Positions 19,068 through 28,523 of a stretch of 64,000 bases of DNA are shown piece after piece. The translations under genes were made by a program, and so were the position numbers. Below the pieces are notes generated by a model. It was given only the letters and a program-made list of their open reading frames with translations. It ran no database searches and was not told where the DNA came from. The DNA is from a virus (taxonomy: Duplodnaviria; Caudoviricetes). Every line of letters starts with the position of its first letter. The first letter of the stretch is position 1. The DNA is taken from positions 59,086 through 123,085 of IMG/VR virus record IMGVR_UViG_2925282926_000001; one strand, given 5' to 3'.

Positions 19068-19910
19068 CTAAATTCCTCCTCCGATATTTTCCGGATTGCG
19101 GACCGGAGTCAGTACGTGACGGCAACGTGGGTGAAATATTTCGCGACGAGGTAGGAAGCCTACGTAAGGATACTCTCCGGGAGCATCCGGTATTAACTTA
19201 ACGATGCGTCCTTCCCATTGAGCACACGCATCGTTCGCGCCATGGCTTGATATCCTGGCGTAATATGCTTCGCGTCCGATCGCTTCGTTTATCGTTGCGT
19301 CTCGGTGCGCGGAATTCAGTTTAGTTCGCGTCACGGTATCGACGTATACTTCCGGCTTCCAGCGCCGTCCAGCCGCGTCAATAATGCCGGTGTCTGTCGC
19401 ACTGCCTAGAGTCTTACGGATGCCTGCGAGCGTGTCCGCATTAATCGTACGGCGCCCGTTAATGCCTGACGCCATATTAGCGCGAAAAGATTCCGCAGTT
19501 GCTTGGCGGACGGCTTGACGAACTCGGCGGTCGATGTTTTGGGTTACCGCAAGTAAATCCGCCTGAGTATCCGCAATCGCCGACGCAACAAGTTCACGAT
19601 TGATTCGATTAAACTTAACGATTTTCTCCGCCTCGACTACCGTCTTAGCAACGCCGAGTTCAACGATTGCCCGCGTTACTCCGTCTATTGCTGCCTTCGG
19701 AATGTGCTCCGCAACCCAGGCGGCCGACTCCGCGTTTAGTTCACGCAAAATAACCGCAACCTCAGCGAGGGCGGCCTTTGCGTTTGCGCGTGATATATCG
19801 GATATGTCTAAGCGTGATAGCTCCGTTGCGATGGCGAGGATTCCGCGTTTGTATGCGTCGACGAGGCGGGCGATGTCGCGGTCGTAATTCGGATCTGGTA
19901 GGATCGCCAT
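19068..19910 (-). CDS. Minor capsid / head morphogenesis protein
   Basis: DAAGRRW...TRT...SSHGANDAC..WEG...FHPRCRH. Confidence 0.85.
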   Translation of the reverse strand: MAILPDPNYDRDIARLVDAYKRGILAIATELSRLDISDISRANAKAALAEVAVILRELNAESAAWVAEHIPKAAIDGVTRAIVELGVAKTVVEAEKIVKFNRINRELVASAIADTQADLLAVTQNIDRRVRQAVRQATAESFRANMASGINGRRTINADTLAGIRKTLGSATDTGIIDAAGRRWKPEVYVDTVTRTKLNSAHRDATINEAIGREAYYARISSHGANDACAQWEGRIVKLIPDAPGEYPYVGFLPRREIFHPRCRHVLTPVRNPENIGGGI

Positions 19911-21496
19911 TATACGGTGACCTCGTTAAATATTTCGCTATCGACCGTTCCGTTTACGCGTTTCTCATCGTCGTCAATACGGCGTATCGTTTCCTCCGCC
20001 TCTGCGTCGGTTACTCCGTCGAGGTCTTTGATTGCGTCTGTTACGGACCATGTCGGTTTGTTACCTGTACGGATGCCTGCGACCTCAGCCGCTTCTTTCT
20101 CGTTGCGCGGTATTCCATCGCGCCACCCTATCGTCGGGTAAACTTCATCGTACTTTTCGAACGTTGGAACGCCTTTATTCGCGATATTTTCAAGTAGCAT
20201 CGCTTTCCAAAGTGCGTTTCTAACCGCGCGATCTACATGAGTGCGGATACGTTCGACTTTCTTGAGTATCGGCATGAAACGAGCTTTAATCGCCGCACCG
20301 TCAGTGTGAGACGTGCCTGTTCCGCCGCTATCGGAAGTGATTGTCGTCCCGAATAACCATTGCGGAGTCTCTGCCATTTGGTAGATAAGTCCGAGAAGGA
20401 GCTCAAGCTCTTTAAACGCGCCGTCTAGTTGCGAGTTCCATGTCATGTAGCCCGGCGTGACGTCGTCTTTCTCAAGCGGAATGTACTTGCCACCAAACCG
20501 TACAGATCGGTCGTCCTCTTCGTCGATGTCCGGACCAAAAGCGGTCGGATCGGAATGCTTCCAGAGAATATAATCGATCTGCACGAGGCGGTCGTTAATC
20601 GCGGCCAGCTTACTTTCCATTTTCTCAACTGTCGAGATACCGGCCCAGTGGTCATCCGTTGTCTTATGCGGAATATGATCGATGTTCAAGTGTGGCGTTC
20701 CGGTCTTCATGATGTTTACTTCGCGTCCTGTCTCGACCTTCTCTCCGACGATATATAGCGGAATTGGGACTCCTTCTGACGTATCGACTCCGTTCGGAAT
20801 GAGCTTGTAACGTTCGAATACGATGTAACCGGGAATGTGTCTTTCAACGTTCAGAAAAGGCGCTTCGTTCAGCGTAACTTTACCGCGAATATACGACATA
20901 ATGCTCCGGGTCTGCTCAATCTCCCACTCTACCCACGCAACGTTAACCGCCTTAAACCGTTTCTTTGATCCGCGCGCTAATTCCGGAAATACAATCGACG
21001 GGTCAACCGTTTCGATGATCGGTTCCTTCTTCGTAGGCGGACGTTCGAGTTCGAGCTGATCCGTTTCCGTAAAGTCGTCGCGGTAGTCATACCGGACTTT
21101 CACGAACGAGTCTCCGCGATAACCGCCACCAACCGTAGTCTCGTGAATCATTTGATTTAAGTCGTTTTCCTCTACGATCGAGTTTAACCGTGATTGCTCG
21201 GTCGAATCCGGCCCCTTTCCGCTGTTGTACGTAGGTTTTTCGCCGACTAATAGGTCCGCGGGCTTCGTTACGAGTACGTCCACGATATTCACCGCGATAA
21301 ACAACGTCTTAAGTTGCGGTGCGTGTGGCGTATCTTTCAATAAAGCGGATGCTCTATCGTATATTTCAGCGTGTCTGCCTTCGAATATCTTACGTCCGCG
21401 TTCGTACTTAGCTAAGCGTCGTATCTCCGTTTGTGGCGGATATTGAGCGCCTGGGTAAAACAGCTTCGTTTCCTTCACCGTATAAAATTCGGTCAA
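19910..21496 (-). CDS. Portal protein (SPP1 gp6-like)
   Basis: 528 aa after terminase; YMTWN..L, ETPQWLFG, W.DGIP motifs. Confidence 0.88.
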   Translation of the reverse strand: MTEFYTVKETKLFYPGAQYPPQTEIRRLAKYERGRKIFEGRHAEIYDRASALLKDTPHAPQLKTLFIAVNIVDVLVTKPADLLVGEKPTYNSGKGPDSTEQSRLNSIVEENDLNQMIHETTVGGGYRGDSFVKVRYDYRDDFTETDQLELERPPTKKEPIIETVDPSIVFPELARGSKKRFKAVNVAWVEWEIEQTRSIMSYIRGKVTLNEAPFLNVERHIPGYIVFERYKLIPNGVDTSEGVPIPLYIVGEKVETGREVNIMKTGTPHLNIDHIPHKTTDDHWAGISTVEKMESKLAAINDRLVQIDYILWKHSDPTAFGPDIDEEDDRSVRFGGKYIPLEKDDVTPGYMTWNSQLDGAFKELELLLGLIYQMAETPQWLFGTTITSDSGGTGTSHTDGAAIKARFMPILKKVERIRTHVDRAVRNALWKAMLLENIANKGVPTFEKYDEVYPTIGWRDGIPRNEKEAAEVAGIRTGNKPTWSVTDAIKDLDGVTDAEAEETIRRIDDDEKRVNGTVDSEIFNEVTV

Positions 21497-21514
21497 TTTG
21501 CGTCCTCCTCTCCG

Positions 21515-23281
21515 TTACATTCCGCGTGGTTTATTGCGGACTTTCTTGCGTCCTGATTTCGATATGCTGATCGCCATTTCCGCCGCATCCGGTAAATCGT
21601 CATGGCTACCGGTTCCGTAATACTCGAATTGTTCTAGTAACAGCGCGTGCCTCTTCGAAAACTGTATCGCGCCGCCTTCGATATCCGGCAGCATCGCCTC
21701 AATCCGAAGCTCTTTACGCGACCGCTGATGTATCTCCTTAACGCGAGTTCCCGCCGGATATCCCGCAGCTCTCAGCGCCTCTTTTAGCTTCTGTACGAAA
21801 AATTCCTGCGCTGCTTGTGCCTCAGCCGCGATTCCAACCGGCTGAAACCGCACGACCTTTTCGACGATTACGCGAATAAACTCGTCAGGCTTAACGCGTT
21901 CCCCGTAAGCATCGATAACGTACTTCGTGCCGGTCTTCTTGTGCCGCGCGATCGTAACAATAGCGGAATAGTCTCCACGCTGTTTACCCATCGCAAAGTC
22001 AACGCCGGTGTAGACGTCTGATTCTCGCAGGATCGCGTCAAGCTCCGTCTTTCCGTCCCAATACGTAAATGACTCCGGGTTAAACACCATCGATTCCTCG
22101 TCAACCGGATTGTTTTGATACTCCGTGTTAAACGCCTTCGATCCGTTGTCCCATTTGAATTTCATCAAGCGCCATATCGGTTGTGCTTCCGGCCACAGTA
22201 CGCTGACTCCGCGCTCCATTTCCTCGCGATTCGCTTCGTAAAGTTCGACCGCATCCTTTGCGCGTTCTTCCTTCGGCCTGTCCGGATCTTTATAGACGAG
22301 CCGACACGCTTCCCACAAGTCCATCCGTTCAGGCCAATCGATAACTGCGCGATATATACGGCTTTTAAAGTCTGCGCGATTATAAAGCACGTCGACGAGG
22401 AGAGCTTCGTGGTGGACCGTTGTTCCCATGTAAACGAATGCCGTCCGTTTACCTTTCGGATCTCCGAGCGGTACGACCGTTTGAGCGAACCAGTCCCGCA
22501 GCTTCTTACGCAAGTCCGGCGTTGATGCGTTACCGCCTGGCCGCGCATCCTCTAAGTCGTCACATACGATCAAGTCCGGACGCACGCCGTTCCAGTTACG
22601 TCCACGGAGCGCCTGGCCCGTTGATGCCGCTTCAACCTTCGTAAGTAGCTTCTTAGTACCGTCTTCGCGCGGCTCCCATGCGATAAACTCCGAGCTGTTG
22701 TCCTTCGGATTCTCCTGCTGCTTCGGACTCAACAACGGACCGAAGTCTGCGCGCAGTTTAACGTTGCTTTTAAGCTGCATCGCGATCCAATCGAGGTTGC
22801 CGGAGCTGACCGTTGGCGTATCCGAAATAATGATCTCGTACTTACGCTTCCTGTACGCAATCTCCCGCAAAGGGAAGCCCTTGGATAAATACGTTGATTT
22901 CGCGTGAGAACGGGGCGCCGCCACCGCGACCTTATCGTTTGTCGTAACGTTGGAGACATCGTCCATTATCACGGCAATTTCACGGTGAAATACAGGCGCT
23001 AAGTCCGCGTCCGTAATATCGAAGCCGTCCCAGTTTCCGTCGTTGCCGGGATTCCGCGCTTCCGAGAAGTACTCTAGCGCAAATTCGATCAGATCCGTTT
23101 CGCATCGGTGAATCCGTTCCAACCGCTCATACTCCGCAAGCTGAGCGTCAATGTCCGCCGCGTCATCCGCTGAAAGTTCGGCGATATCTACGCCTTCGAG
23201 AACGTCTAATAGCGCGGACAGCTCGTTAAGCTTCGTCGCGCGCTCGTCTCGTCCGATCCATTTTCCGTTAGTCCATGCGAT
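21515..23281 (-). CDS. terL: Terminase large subunit; probable ATC start at 23281
   Basis: APRSHAKST Walker A, LRG...RPDLIVCDDLE, DFAMG...DYSA, HDDLPDA; frame open 53 codons beyond the track start up to AAAGGAGG-N8-ATC GCA TGG. Confidence 0.93.
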   Translation of the reverse strand: MAWTNGKWIGRDERATKLNELSALLDVLEGVDIAELSADDAADIDAQLAEYERLERIHRCETDLIEFALEYFSEARNPGNDGNWDGFDITDADLAPVFHREIAVIMDDVSNVTTNDKVAVAAPRSHAKSTYLSKGFPLREIAYRKRKYEIIISDTPTVSSGNLDWIAMQLKSNVKLRADFGPLLSPKQQENPKDNSSEFIAWEPREDGTKKLLTKVEAASTGQALRGRNWNGVRPDLIVCDDLEDARPGGNASTPDLRKKLRDWFAQTVVPLGDPKGKRTAFVYMGTTVHHEALLVDVLYNRADFKSRIYRAVIDWPERMDLWEACRLVYKDPDRPKEERAKDAVELYEANREEMERGVSVLWPEAQPIWRLMKFKWDNGSKAFNTEYQNNPVDEESMVFNPESFTYWDGKTELDAILRESDVYTGVDFAMGKQRGDYSAIVTIARHKKTGTKYVIDAYGERVKPDEFIRVIVEKVVRFQPVGIAAEAQAAQEFFVQKLKEALRAAGYPAGTRVKEIHQRSRKELRIEAMLPDIEGGAIQFSKRHALLLEQFEYYGTGSHDDLPDAAEMAISISKSGRKKVRNKPRGM

Positions 23282-23394
23282 AGATACCGCCTCCTTTCAT
23301 AATTACGTTGATTTAGCGTGAAATTAGCGTGTTTAGGCGCTGACCCCAACGGATACACTCCGTACGGGTGAAACGCGCTATTTGTACGGTGATT

Positions 23395-23514
23395 CTACGT
23401 GAATACTACGTACAGTAACCACGCAATCAGTCCGATAGGCACCGTGACGACTACGATAGCTCCCGTAATCAGCATAAACGCGATAAATCTCCAGACGTCT
23501 TTATCCGTTCCCAT
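23395..23514 (-). CDS. 39-aa membrane peptide
   Basis: GGAGG SD; MGTDKDVWRFIAFMLITGAIVVVTVPIGLIAWLLYVVFT. Confidence 0.55.
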   Translation of the reverse strand: MGTDKDVWRFIAFMLITGAIVVVTVPIGLIAWLLYVVFT

Positions 23515-24092
23515 CCACGAGCACCTCCGTAAAGTCCAAAGTTCAAATTTGATACGCGGATTTTAAATGTACCTGACCGGCCGTCCAGCGCAGGCCCCCT
23601 TGGGGGTCACGCAAGCACCGCCGCCCCTCTCCGAAATCCATCCGCCTCGCCCCGTTTATTCATCCGTACTGCATAATCGTAACGATCCCGTTTAATCACG
23701 GATATGCACGGACATGTGCACAAAATCCCGTATACGGTGCAATAGTCCGCTCCGCAAACCCGCGCCCCGCCTACGTTTATTTCCGCTGCATAAACGCACC
23801 TTATACATCGCATATACATTTCCAGTTATTAACGCGTGCAACCCGCATTCCTACGCGGATTATGCCCGTTAGTAGCTGGAAGGTTATGCGCCTATTTCCC
23901 GGAGCCTATCGCGCCTATTATACGGGCAATATACAGCGAAAAATAAGCGCTATGTATAAACCTTTGTGCTTTACCGTGATGAAGCGAAAAGTTTCGGGGA
24001 GGCTGCGTGGAATGAGCGGCTTGTAGGTTATTCGGACCTATCCGAAAGCATCCGAAGTCCCTCCGCGCATCTTCCTTCATATAGTGCCCCAC

Positions 24093-24482
24093 CTACTCCG
24101 CCATTTCGGATCTCACCTTCGCGGCCTCTATCCGTGCCTTCAACGCAGCCAGATCCGTTCCTTCGCCATCCTTCGTTTCCACTTCGATCTTGTCCGTCAA
24201 CATACCGCTGATCTGTAGCGCTAGCTTCGCCATTGCCGCATTGCCATCCCGTATAGCTATCGTGGATAACGAGTCGACTAACTCCGGTAACTTAGCGCTG
24301 TTCTCACGCACAATAGCACGCTTAAACTCCGCTTCGAACGTCGCATCCTTACGCCAGTTCTCCAGTGTGCGCGCTGTTACTCCGCATATAGAAGCGATCT
24401 CCTCATACGTCTTACCGCCCTTACGCGGCTTAGCGAGCCATTCAATCGCGATGAACTGTTCAGACGTTAATTGCTTTGCCAT
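24093..24482 (-). CDS. Terminase small subunit-like HTH protein (phBC6A51 family)
   Basis: LTSEQ..AIEWLA...TYEEIA...GVTARTLENWRK...F; upstream of terL. Confidence 0.75.
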   Translation of the reverse strand: MAKQLTSEQFIAIEWLAKPRKGGKTYEEIASICGVTARTLENWRKDATFEAEFKRAIVRENSAKLPELVDSLSTIAIRDGNAAMAKLALQISGMLTDKIEVETKDGEGTDLAALKARIEAAKVRSEMAE

Positions 24483-24576
24483 AATTACGTCAGGCTCCTT
24501 CCGTGTATTTAACGCTAATAACGCGCCATCCCACGCTCAGGCAAGGCGTAAGATAGACGCGCTATTTGTACGTTGT

Positions 24577-24777
24577 TTAATCGATATTTACCGTGATAAA
24601 CGCAGGACCTACGATTGTAAATTCACGCGGCTTATCGCTTTGCATTTCGATATGACCTCCGAATTGGCCCGCAACAGTAACGCGAATATCCGGACCTACA
24701 TAGAGCGGATCAACGCTTACTCTACGTAACAGTTCCGCTTGTAAATCACGCTTACTTACCGTTGATAAATCGACCAT
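24577..24777 (-). CDS. Small conserved phage protein
   Basis: LSTV...DLQAEL..R...GPAFITVNID; SD present. Confidence 0.55.
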   Translation of the reverse strand: MVDLSTVSKRDLQAELLRRVSVDPLYVGPDIRVTVAGQFGGHIEMQSDKPREFTIVGPAFITVNID

Positions 24778-25138
24778 ATACGCTCACTCTCCGTTCGCTT
24801 AACGTAATTTAATCCGCGTAGTTAGATGTTTGACTACATGAGGGACTTCGAAGAGTACGCTTCATGCTTCTTACAGACAAAGGTTTGAGATTAAAGAATG
24901 CTGCGGCTTCGCCTTGCCCATCGCCTAGCGGCTCTGGAACATATATTTGATTACGCGTTATTCCTTATTCACAAGGACATGTTTTAAGTCCGAAGTGTCG
25001 GGCCGCTCTTGCCCGAATGTCTGTATTGTCTCGCATATCTAACTGCGCGTTAAATCCGTTATCTAAAGACTAAGAATAAATTTGACCCCATAAAACGCGC
25101 AAACCCTTGCGGCAGTAAGGCGGAGGCCACTTTTTTCG

Positions 25139-25193
25139 TGTTCGCGTTTTTACCGATAGATGCCCGTTTTTGTTCGCGTTTTTACCGATAGAT
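25139..25193. repeat. Two 23-bp direct repeats TGTTCGCGTTTTTACCGATAGAT (32-bp period)
   Basis: 25139-25161 and 25171-25193 identical. Confidence 0.9.
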
Positions 25194-26012
25194 TCACGCT
25201 GAGCGCTTCGCAAAGTTGTTTCGGATAGAGAACATCTCACGGAGTGTAGCGTCTGGTTGTCCGGATTTACGGTAGAATACGAACGGGTTAATCTTGTAAT
25301 AACGCGCATTCCCGTAACTCACTTCGGCAAATACGTATTGATCGCCGAATCGCAAGTTACGCAACTTCGTATATACCGATTTCTCTGTAACACGCGTCAA
25401 CTGTGCGATATCTTCTTTCGTAAGCGGCAGCGTATTCTCAACGTCACGCTCGTAAGGATTTGCGCAGATCGTATTCGTTTCGAGGTGCACGTGCGGAAGC
25501 AACTTATACACGAAGCCGAGATCCTTCGCGTTAACTTCCGTATACAACTCCTTCACCTTCGCAACGAACGTCTTGATTACCGCAGTGTTATCCGTTTTAC
25601 CCTGGAAGTGATAGCGCGGATTAAGGCGGTATTTATCGCCGTCCTCCTCAATCACGCCAGCCTCCGTTGTCTCCCGCAGGAAGTGGTGCAGCGTAGTTCG
25701 GCCGATCTTGAGTGTACGCATCATGTCCTCGCGGCTCATAGCGGATTTGTCCGGATTCTCAAGGATCGCGTCGTAATTAACGAAGCATTGCAAATAAAGA
25801 AGGTACCCGCAGTGTTTATCGGATACCCTCTCGATTACTTCGTCAATATTGCGCATCTGAGTCACGGTAAACTCCGCTGTGCGCCCGCTCTGTTTCTTTG
25901 CGTAAGACTCTCGTTGTGCGGCGCTGGTAACACGGTCACCGTCCGCAAGTACCGCTGTTCGATCGTATATTTCGCCCGTTTCCGGGTCCATTAAGCGTTT
26001 ATATTCGGCCAA
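25194..26012 (-). CDS. RepL-like tandem winged-helix protein
   Basis: DPETGEI N-terminus; two wHTH halves ending YRLNPRYHF and YKINPFVFY. Confidence 0.6.
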   Translation of the reverse strand: MAEYKRLMDPETGEIYDRTAVLADGDRVTSAAQRESYAKKQSGRTAEFTVTQMRNIDEVIERVSDKHCGYLLYLQCFVNYDAILENPDKSAMSREDMMRTLKIGRTTLHHFLRETTEAGVIEEDGDKYRLNPRYHFQGKTDNTAVIKTFVAKVKELYTEVNAKDLGFVYKLLPHVHLETNTICANPYERDVENTLPLTKEDIAQLTRVTEKSVYTKLRNLRFGDQYVFAEVSYGNARYYKINPFVFYRKSGQPDATLREMFSIRNNFAKRSA

Positions 26013-26202
26013 TCTTATCGTCTCCTTAACGTTGGATTAACGTAAGGGCGTGCGGAATATACCCGCATCGTTCGTTCCCCAAACGGGATGAGCCGCTCAG
26101 TGGCGGCCCCTATCTTCTAAGTCCGCAGAATGCGTAAAAAACAACCTCCCAAGAAGGATTTTCCGCCAATTTGACGAATTTATTTTCGTATGAAAACGCT
26201 AA

Positions 26203-26427
26203 TTACAGACCGCCGCCCTCGCACAAGTCCGCGTTACTATTTACGAACCCGGCGCACATACGATCGCAGATTACGGAGGTACAGTCGAAAAGTATACGCC
26301 AGATTACGTTAAGATCGCCGGCACGTATTTCAGGCGCGATATCTTCGTATTTAAGGCGCAGCAGGCACGAAAAAGACCGGATTAGCTCCGGTCCCACCTT
26401 CGTATCAATCGCAATATCCTCCGCCAT
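26203..26427 (-). CDS. Hypothetical protein (alternative ATT start at 26409)
   Basis: ORF track; GGAGG-N8-ATT inside. Confidence 0.4.
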   Translation of the reverse strand: MAEDIAIDTKVGPELIRSFSCLLRLKYEDIAPEIRAGDLNVIWRILFDCTSVICDRMCAGFVNSNADLCEGGGL

Positions 26428-26575
26428 TTCCGCGCCAATCCCGTCTGCCTAGCGATCTTCCGCACATCAACGCGCTTTTTCATCCGACACCGCCGCTTTA
26501 ACCTCACGCCACTCGCCGCCTGCTACCCGTATATAGCTCCGCCCACCTATACGTTTGCCTGCCGCAAACATCCGC

Positions 26576-26782
26576 TTATTCATACGCAAGTACCTCCTTG
26601 CGCGCATCGTTTAAGTTACGTAATTTCGCTATCTTTTGGTCGGTTGTATAGTCCGCTTGATTCACGATAGAGTCAACGATACCGATGAATGTCGCGGAGA
26701 TTAGCGAAATGCGCTCTCTTTCGCTGGGATCGAACGCATAAACGTGTTGTAATAAGATTGACGCGTACATTTCTTTGCTCAT
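26576..26782 (-). CDS. Hypothetical protein
   Basis: GGAGG SD, coupled overlap. Confidence 0.6.
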   Translation of the reverse strand: MSKEMYASILLQHVYAFDPSERERISLISATFIGIVDSIVNQADYTTDQKIAKLRNLNDARKEVLAYE

Positions 26783-27162
26783 CTTCCGCCCACCTCCCGA
26801 AAGTATTCGTTAACCTGGCGATCAAGTAACGTATGGCCGCGGATGATCCAGCGAGTCTCACCGGTGTAAGCGGCCGGCGTTGTCATGCGGGCGATTGCGA
26901 AGGTGCGCGGCGGGAATCCGAATTTAGCGAAAGGCTTAACGCAGATAACGCGCTTAGTCGGCGTATTAGCGTTGCCTGTGCCGGCGCATCCGTAGCATAC
27001 GTAGGTTTCGTTGTAGCGGCCGGTTCCGTTGCATCGTTCGCAGCGTACGTAGGCTACTTCCGCCGACTGTTCCGAATTGATAGCGTCAGAGCTACGATGG
27101 ATATCACCAATCCGACTACTCCGATGATCGTTATTACCGTTGTCATATCGATTACCTCCCAT
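26779..27162 (-). CDS. CxxCxGxG zinc-finger protein (start uncertain)
   Basis: CERCNGTG...CYGCAGTG; 5' part overlaps the peptide ORF in another frame. Confidence 0.5.
   Translation of the reverse strand: MGGNRYDNGNNDHRSSRIGDIHRSSDAINSEQSAEVAYVRCERCNGTGRYNETYVCYGCAGTGNANTPTKRVICVKPFAKFGFPPRTFAIARMTTPAAYTGETRWIIRGHTLLDRQVNEYFREVGGR
27054..27146 (-). CDS. 30-aa hydrophobic peptide with basic tail (type I toxin-like)
   Basis: GGGAGG-N8-ATG; MTTVITIIGVVGLVISIVALTLSIRNSRRK. Confidence 0.65.
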   Translation of the reverse strand: MTTVITIIGVVGLVISIVALTLSIRNSRRK

Positions 27163-27168
27163 ATATGT

Positions 27169-27197
27169 TTAACATGCGCGGTTCATTGTGGTATATT
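27169..27197 (+). promoter_or_regulatory. Antisense SigA promoter
   Basis: TTAACA-17-TATATT with TG extension, no ORF downstream. Confidence 0.55.
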
Positions 27198-27240
27198 GGA
27201 GTGAGAAGGCGCTGTGTTAGCCGCCCTCTTTTGGAATCCC

Positions 27241-27372
27241 TTAACGCTTGCGCCGTTTACGCTTGTTTCGGGTTCCATTCTTCTTGCTCTTAGCAGTACT
27301 TCGTAAGTTGACGATAGCCGTCGTCATGTTTACGGTTGCCGTTAGGAGCAAGACCCACTCTAAAACCTGCAT
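27241..27372 (-). CDS. 43-aa hydrophobic peptide with basic tail (type I toxin-like)
   Basis: AAGGAGGTG SD; MQVLEWVLLLTATVNMTTAIVNLRSTAKSKKNGTRNKRKRRKR. Confidence 0.65.
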   Translation of the reverse strand: MQVLEWVLLLTATVNMTTAIVNLRSTAKSKKNGTRNKRKRRKR

Positions 27373-27395
27373 GTTGTTCACCTCCTTATATACTA

Positions 27396-27457
27396 ATTAT
27401 ACACTAGTGTATATTCAATAGTCAATAGTTTGACTAAAATTAAATAATAGTTATAAT
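27396..27457. promoter_or_regulatory. Divergent SigA promoters with palindromic operator TATACACTAGTGTATA (27398-27413)
   Basis: Minus TTGACT-18-TATAAT; plus TTGACT-16-TATAAT. Confidence 0.7.
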
Positions 27458-27480
27458 TGAGGAGAACGGAGGTGTCACGT

Positions 27481-27702
27481 ATGTTAAAAGTAACGCCACG
27501 CCTCGACGAACTACGCAAAGCCGCCGGCATGACACAGGTAGAACTCGCAGAAAAGGCCGGGATACCGCAGGCCGCAATATCACGTTTTGACCGCGCGTCA
27601 CAAGGTTCATACGCTAATATTATCGCAATAGCCCGCGCGTTGAACGTTCCGGTCGAGGCGCTATTCCATATCGAAGAAACCGACGAAAGCGCCCCGGAAT
27701 GA
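27481..27702 (+). CDS. XRE-family HTH regulator
   Basis: LRKAAGMTQVELAEKAGIPQAAISRFD; ATG after GGAGG. Confidence 0.88.
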   Translation: MLKVTPRLDELRKAAGMTQVELAEKAGIPQAAISRFDRASQGSYANIIAIARALNVPVEALFHIEETDESAPE

Positions 27703-27715
27703 GGCGCTTCTTTTC
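27686..27715. terminator. Terminator between convergent genes
   Basis: AAGCGCC-CCGGAATGA-GGCGCTT-CTTTT. Confidence 0.6.
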
Positions 27716-27716
27716 G

Positions 27717-28523
27717 TTATGCGGCCGTTAATAGCTCGGCAACTTCTTCCGCTTCCTCACGCACTATCTCCGTTTCATTCATCGCGCCCATCTCGGTAGC
27801 CCAACGCTTGCCAATGCCGACGCAATTAACGAAGGGCTCCGTAAGTTCGCCGCCATTTTCGTAGAGATTATACGTAACTACTTTACCAGGCGCGATGTCG
27901 CGTAAGTATTGGATCGCACGTTTCCTATTCCGTATCTTAGCGGACGAGTCCACGTGTAACAGCTCGCTCATTGAACGAGTCCTGCGAATGGGTCTTCGGT
28001 AATCCTTTCCGTCAGTAGCCAGGTGTACGCCTGTTTTAGAGTGCATCTCCGCCGTCCCACCATCTCCTTCAACATTAAGACCGGTCTCCCCGCCCATATT
28101 GGTATCCTCGGTTCCTCTCCTCCCTTCTCTTCTGCGCGCCATCATTGTATCAGAGAATATCGGGTACTCATTATGCTCACATTTATAAGGGTCTTCGTCT
28201 ACAAGCTCTTCGTGGAGGACGATGTTAGTTAGCCGATCCATTAGCTTCATATCAGTTGGTACTGCAGCAGGACGCTCTCCTTTAGCGCCCGCAGCGAACC
28301 ACTCATCGACAATCCGTTGATTAAACTCACCATGACTGCCGTAGTATTCTTTTTGAATAGCAGCAACCAGTAGCATCCGCGTCTCCCGATCCCGCAAGTC
28401 ATGCGTAATCCCTCCGTACTCGAACGGAATTTGCGGACAACCCGCAGCTTTGAACCTTGCGCGTAGTATAAACTCCATAGCCTCCGTTGCCTGTACCGTA
28501 TCCTCGCGATATGTTGTTGTCAT
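27717..28523 (-). CDS. Hypothetical phage protein
   Basis: Coupled to sigma-like gene; LxxxxLHEEL.D..PYK...EYPIFS. Confidence 0.7.
   Translation of the reverse strand: MTTTYREDTVQATEAMEFILRARFKAAGCPQIPFEYGGITHDLRDRETRMLLVAAIQKEYYGSHGEFNQRIVDEWFAAGAKGERPAAVPTDMKLMDRLTNIVLHEELVDEDPYKCEHNEYPIFSDTMMARRREGRRGTEDTNMGGETGLNVEGDGGTAEMHSKTGVHLATDGKDYRRPIRRTRSMSELLHVDSSAKIRNRKRAIQYLRDIAPGKVVTYNLYENGGELTEPFVNCVGIGKRWATEMGAMNETEIVREEAEEVAELLTAA

Noticed and set aside
26040-26113. Phage tRNA
   Set aside because: Cloverleaf-like but lacks D-loop and T-loop consensus and a proper acceptor stem
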